NCBI GenBank assembly: GCA_963664405.1
Contig: OY761158.1
Location: 3,872,001-3,936,000, forward strand
DNA length: 64,000 nt
Source of the DNA: Thermoanaerobaculia bacterium
Lineage (GTDB): Bacteria > Acidobacteriota > Thermoanaerobaculia > Multivoradales > Multivoraceae
Direction of reading: 5' to 3'
The number at the start of each line of letters is the position of its first letter. The first letter of the stretch is position 1. Both the position numbers and the translations under genes were made by a program. This document shows, one piece after another, positions 60,650 through 64,000 of the stretch. A model generated the notes under the pieces. It was not told the DNA's origin. It saw nothing but the letters and a program-made list of their open reading frames with translations, and made no database searches.

Positions 60650-62118
60650 CCCGCTCTATGAAGCCGGCACAGATTGCCATCGCGTTTTCTCTCGCTGCAG
60701 TGCTCGGCCACGCCGCGACGCTCGCCCAATCGACGGAGAGACCCAACATCGTCCTCATCTTCGCCGACGACATGGGCTGGGGCGATGTGGGGGTCAACGG
60801 CTCGCCCGACATTCGTACTCCGAATATCGACCGCCTGGCGAGCGAGGGGGTCCGCTTCACCAGCTTTTACGCGGCGGTGTTCTGCGGTCCGTCTCGAGCG
60901 GCGCTGCTCACCGGCTCCTACCCGGCCCGGCTCAGCTTGGCGTTCAACCACGGCCCGAAGAGCCGGACCGGGATTCACCCTGACGAGATCACCGTCGCCG
61001 AGATCCTCAGCGACCAGGGTTACGCCACGATGATGGTCGGCAAATGGCACCTCGGCCATGAACGACCGTTCCTCCCTCACCGTAACGGCTTCGATCACTG
61101 GTTCGGGCTGCCCTACTCCAATGACATGTGGCGCTATCACCCCAAGATGCCGCCGCGTCCCGACGAAGACGAGCGCATGAACGCCGCCAGGGAGCGCGCT
61201 GCATACACCGGTTACGCGGGCCAGGAGAGCTACTACGACGTCGAAGCGGGTGAAGGCTTCCCGGAGCCGCTGCCGCTGATGGAAGATGATGCGGTGGTGG
61301 AGGAACAACCCGATCAGACCCGGCTCACGACGCGCTTCACCGAGCGGGCTCTACGCTTCATCGAAGAGAGCCGCGACGAGAGCTTCTTCCTCTACCTTCC
61401 GCACACCATGCCCCACGTGCCTCTCTTCGTCGAGGAGGAGCGCACCGGCAGTTCGGTCCGCGGACTCTACGGCGACGCGGTCGAAGAGATCGATTGGAGT
61501 GTCGGAAGGATCGTCGACAAGCTCGAGGAGCTCGGCCTCACTCGCAAGACCCTGATCTGTTTCACCTCCGACAACGGACCGTGGCTGCAGTACGGCGTTG
61601 ACGGGGGCTCGGCAGAACCTTTCAGCTGGGGCAAGGGGACCACTTTTGAAGGGGGCATGAGGGTTCCTGGGATCTTTCGCTGGCCGGGGACCATCCCCGC
61701 CGGTCGGGTCAGCTCGGAGCCGGTCTCGAACATGGACATCCTGCCCACCTTCGCCCGTCTGGCGGGTGCCGAGACACCCGACGGCCGAACTCTCGACGGC
61801 CACGACATCTGGCCGCTGCTCGCCGGTGAGCCGGGGGCGCGATCGCCCTACGAGCTCTTTTACTATTTCAACGGCAGGCGCGGTCAGGCGCTCCCCAACA
61901 TCGAGGCGGTTCGACAGGGCCGATGGAAGCTCCACCTTCGTCGCTCGGAGCGACCGGAGGAGCTCGAGCCCGTCGCCCTCTACGATCTCCACGAAGATCC
62001 GGGCGAGCGCTTCGATCGCAAGGATTTGCACCGAGAGCTGGTTGAGCGCCTCCTCGACACCACAGCGGAGTTCACAAAAGAGCTTCACGACAACCGCCGG
62101 CCCCTGGGCCGAATCTAG
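60646..62118 (+). CDS. Secreted sulfatase (ArsA/GALNS-like)
   Basis: RPNIVLIFADDMG, CGPSR, GKWHLG, YSND, SDNG; ATG 60646 after an AAGGAG RBS. Confidence 0.92.
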   Translation: MTRSMKPAQIAIAFSLAAVLGHAATLAQSTERPNIVLIFADDMGWGDVGVNGSPDIRTPNIDRLASEGVRFTSFYAAVFCGPSRAALLTGSYPARLSLAFNHGPKSRTGIHPDEITVAEILSDQGYATMMVGKWHLGHERPFLPHRNGFDHWFGLPYSNDMWRYHPKMPPRPDEDERMNAARERAAYTGYAGQESYYDVEAGEGFPEPLPLMEDDAVVEEQPDQTRLTTRFTERALRFIEESRDESFFLYLPHTMPHVPLFVEEERTGSSVRGLYGDAVEEIDWSVGRIVDKLEELGLTRKTLICFTSDNGPWLQYGVDGGSAEPFSWGKGTTFEGGMRVPGIFRWPGTIPAGRVSSEPVSNMDILPTFARLAGAETPDGRTLDGHDIWPLLAGEPGARSPYELFYYFNGRRGQALPNIEAVRQGRWKLHLRRSERPEELEPVALYDLHEDPGERFDRKDLHRELVERLLDTTAEFTKELHDNRRPLGRI

Positions 62119-62153
62119 AAACCTCGGATGGCTCCCGTGCTAGCGTCGCTCTG

Positions 62154-64000
62154 TTGAAGAAGCCTGAACAGGGTCTTGCCAGCGGCCGGCGCACCTTTCT
62201 CAAGCAGGTGGCGTCGGTGGCGGCGGTGGGTGCCGCGCCCCTGAGAGCGGGGGCAGCCGAGCCCCAACAGACGGCGAAGACCTCCGCTGCGGGGACCTCC
62301 GGCGAGGCGAGCAGCGCGGAGGCTGCCTCGGGGGGCTCCTCGGTCACGTTCCCAAGGGTCTTCCAAGGGTCGCAGCTGCAGACGCTGGCGTTCCCTCTTG
62401 GCGGCATCGGAACCGGTTCGATCTCCCTTGGCGGCTACGGCGAGCTCCGAGACTGGGAGATCTTCAACCGCTCCGAGAAGGGCCGGCAACCGGCCTACGG
62501 ATTCGCGGCGATCTGGGCGCAGGCGGGCGAGGAGCCCGCCGTTGCACGGGTCGTGGAGGCGAGGCGACCCCCGCCCTTTGTTGGCGAGAGAGGGTTCGGC
62601 TGGCGCAGCGCCCCCGGGCTCCCTCGGCTCGAGCGGGCGGTATTCACCGGCGAGTTTCCCTTTGCCACCGTCGATTTCACGGATGAGCGCCTACCGGTCG
62701 AGGTCACCCTCGAGGCGTGGAGCCCCTTTGTGCCGCTCGACGTCGACGCCACCGGCTTCCCGGTCAGCGTTCTGCGCTACAGGGTCCGTAATCCAGGGCC
62801 CCGGCCGGCGCAGATCGCGCTGAGCTTCAGCCTCGACAACCCGGTCGGAGCGCAAGGGAGAGTCAACCAGCTGTGGCGGGAAGGCCCGGTGGAGGGGCTC
62901 TTCTTTTCCAATCCCGCCCTCGACCGCGCCGACCCCTTTTGGGGATCCTTCGCGGTGGCGCTGGCTCCCTCGGTCGGCGGTGAGCTCACCTACTTGACCT
63001 CGTGGCGCGACCTGCAGTGGAACCTCCCGGTGCGGAGTTTTTGGGAGGACTTCGCCGCGGATGGCCGCCTCGACCCGTCACTGCATCGCGAGGCTCCACA
63101 ACCCGGGACGTTTGGTCCCAGCTCCTCAGTGATGTCGCCTGTCGAGGTCGGATCGCTCTCGGTGTCACGATCGCTGGATCCCGGCGAGGAGGCCACGACG
63201 ACCTTCGTCTTAGCCTGGCACTTTCCCAATCGAACTCCCTCCCGCTGCGGCTGGAGGCCTCCACCGGGGGCCGGCGACGTTGTCATCGGCAACCGCTACT
63301 GCGAGCGTTTCTCCGACGCCTGGGAGGCGGCCCTTGCCGCGCTCGCCGATCTCCCCGAGTTGGAGCGGCGCAGCCGGGCCTTTACCGGTGTCATGCGCTC
63401 TAGCAGCCTGCCGGAGCCGGTGATCGAAGCGGCGATGTCGAACCTCTCGACGCTGCGCACCAACACCTGCTTCCAGACCGCCGACGGCGGCTTTCATGCC
63501 TTCGAGGGCGCCAGGGACGATGGCGGCTGCTGCTCGGGATCCTGCACTCATGTCTGGAACTACGAAGGCGCGCTCGCCGCCCTCTACCCGCAGCTCTCCC
63601 GCTCGGTGCGAGAGAGCCAGTTCGGCTACGCCACCGCCGAGAACGGCCTGCAGGACTTCCGCTATCTCCTGCCCTACGGACAAGAGCGCTATGGGCAGGC
63701 GGCGGCCGACGGCCAGATGGGAAACCTGGTCAAGCTCTATCTCGATTGGCGCCTGAGCGGCGACCTCGCTTGGCTGCGCCGGTTGTGGCCCAAGGCGAAG
63801 CTGGCGTTGGAGTTCGCCTGGATCGAGGGCGGTTGGGACGCCGATCGCGATGGGGTGATGGAGGGTTGCCAGCACAACACCTACGACATCGAGTTCTTGG
63901 GGCCCAATCCGCTCTGCGGCGTCTGGTATCTGGCGGCGCTGCGGGCAGGCGAGGAGATGGCAACGGCGGTGGGCGACACGGCCGCCGCGGGCGAGTATCG
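62154..64000 (+). CDS. GH116 family glycoside hydrolase with Tat signal (runs off the window; absent from the ORF track)
   Basis: Manual translation: MKKPEQGLASGRRTFLKQ..., FPLGGIGTGSISLGGYGELRDWEIFN, then CCSGSCTHVWNY, AADGQMG and DGVMEGCQHNTYDIEF. Confidence 0.88.
   Translation, partial: MKKPEQGLASGRRTFLKQVASVAAVGAAPLRAGAAEPQQTAKTSAAGTSGEASSAEAASGGSSVTFPRVFQGSQLQTLAFPLGGIGTGSISLGGYGELRDWEIFNRSEKGRQPAYGFAAIWAQAGEEPAVARVVEARRPPPFVGERGFGWRSAPGLPRLERAVFTGEFPFATVDFTDERLPVEVTLEAWSPFVPLDVDATGFPVSVLRYRVRNPGPRPAQIALSFSLDNPVGAQGRVNQLWREGPVEGLFFSNPALDRADPFWGSFAVALAPSVGGELTYLTSWRDLQWNLPVRSFWEDFAADGRLDPSLHREAPQPGTFGPSSSVMSPVEVGSLSVSRSLDPGEEATTTFVLAWHFPNRTPSRCGWRPPPGAGDVVIGNRYCERFSDAWEAALAALADLPELERRSRAFTGVMRSSSLPEPVIEAAMSNLSTLRTNTCFQTADGGFHAFEGARDDGGCCSGSCTHVWNYEGALAALYPQLSRSVRESQFGYATAENGLQDFRYLLPYGQERYGQAAADGQMGNLVKLYLDWRLSGDLAWLRRLWPKAKLALEFAWIEGGWDADRDGVMEGCQHNTYDIEFLGPNPLCGVWYLAALRAGEEMATAVGDTAAAGEY

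Noticed and set aside
1-64000. CRISPR array, rRNA or tRNA
   Set aside because: No regularly spaced direct repeats with unique spacers, no cas genes, and no cloverleaf or rRNA motifs were recognised.

Overview
GC-rich bacterial chromosomal window; gene style suggests an environmental Acidobacteriota-like organism (inference only). In order it holds: a CzcCBA-type metal efflux operon; detox/hydrolase genes (GST, SDR, PHP hydrolase, acyl-CoA ligase, tannase, arylsulfatase, MBL, Eis); a PAS-sigma54 redox module; an intact IS1111-group (IS110 family) element inserted into a chromosomal CTAG-bounded repeat; an MBOAT/SGNH pair; a 14.3 kb divergent transport locus; and a GH172/GH116/isomerase/ribulokinase/ABC sugar locus that runs off the right edge. 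Three things stand out. (1) The transport locus has an RND permease fused to an ABC ATPase (joined across a 1-bp frameshift), plus a second RND, a second ATPase, two ABC-2 permeases and a catalytically dead M1-peptidase/Golvesin-like ectodomain, which suggests a physically coupled RND-ABC machine. (2) The IS1111 non-coding end carries readable bridge/seekRNA-like loops whose guides match its 15-nt insertion site and its own predicted circle junction. (3) Three families of CTAG-flanked MITE-like elements recur, often overlapping TAG stop codons. No CRISPR array, rRNA or tRNA was recognised.
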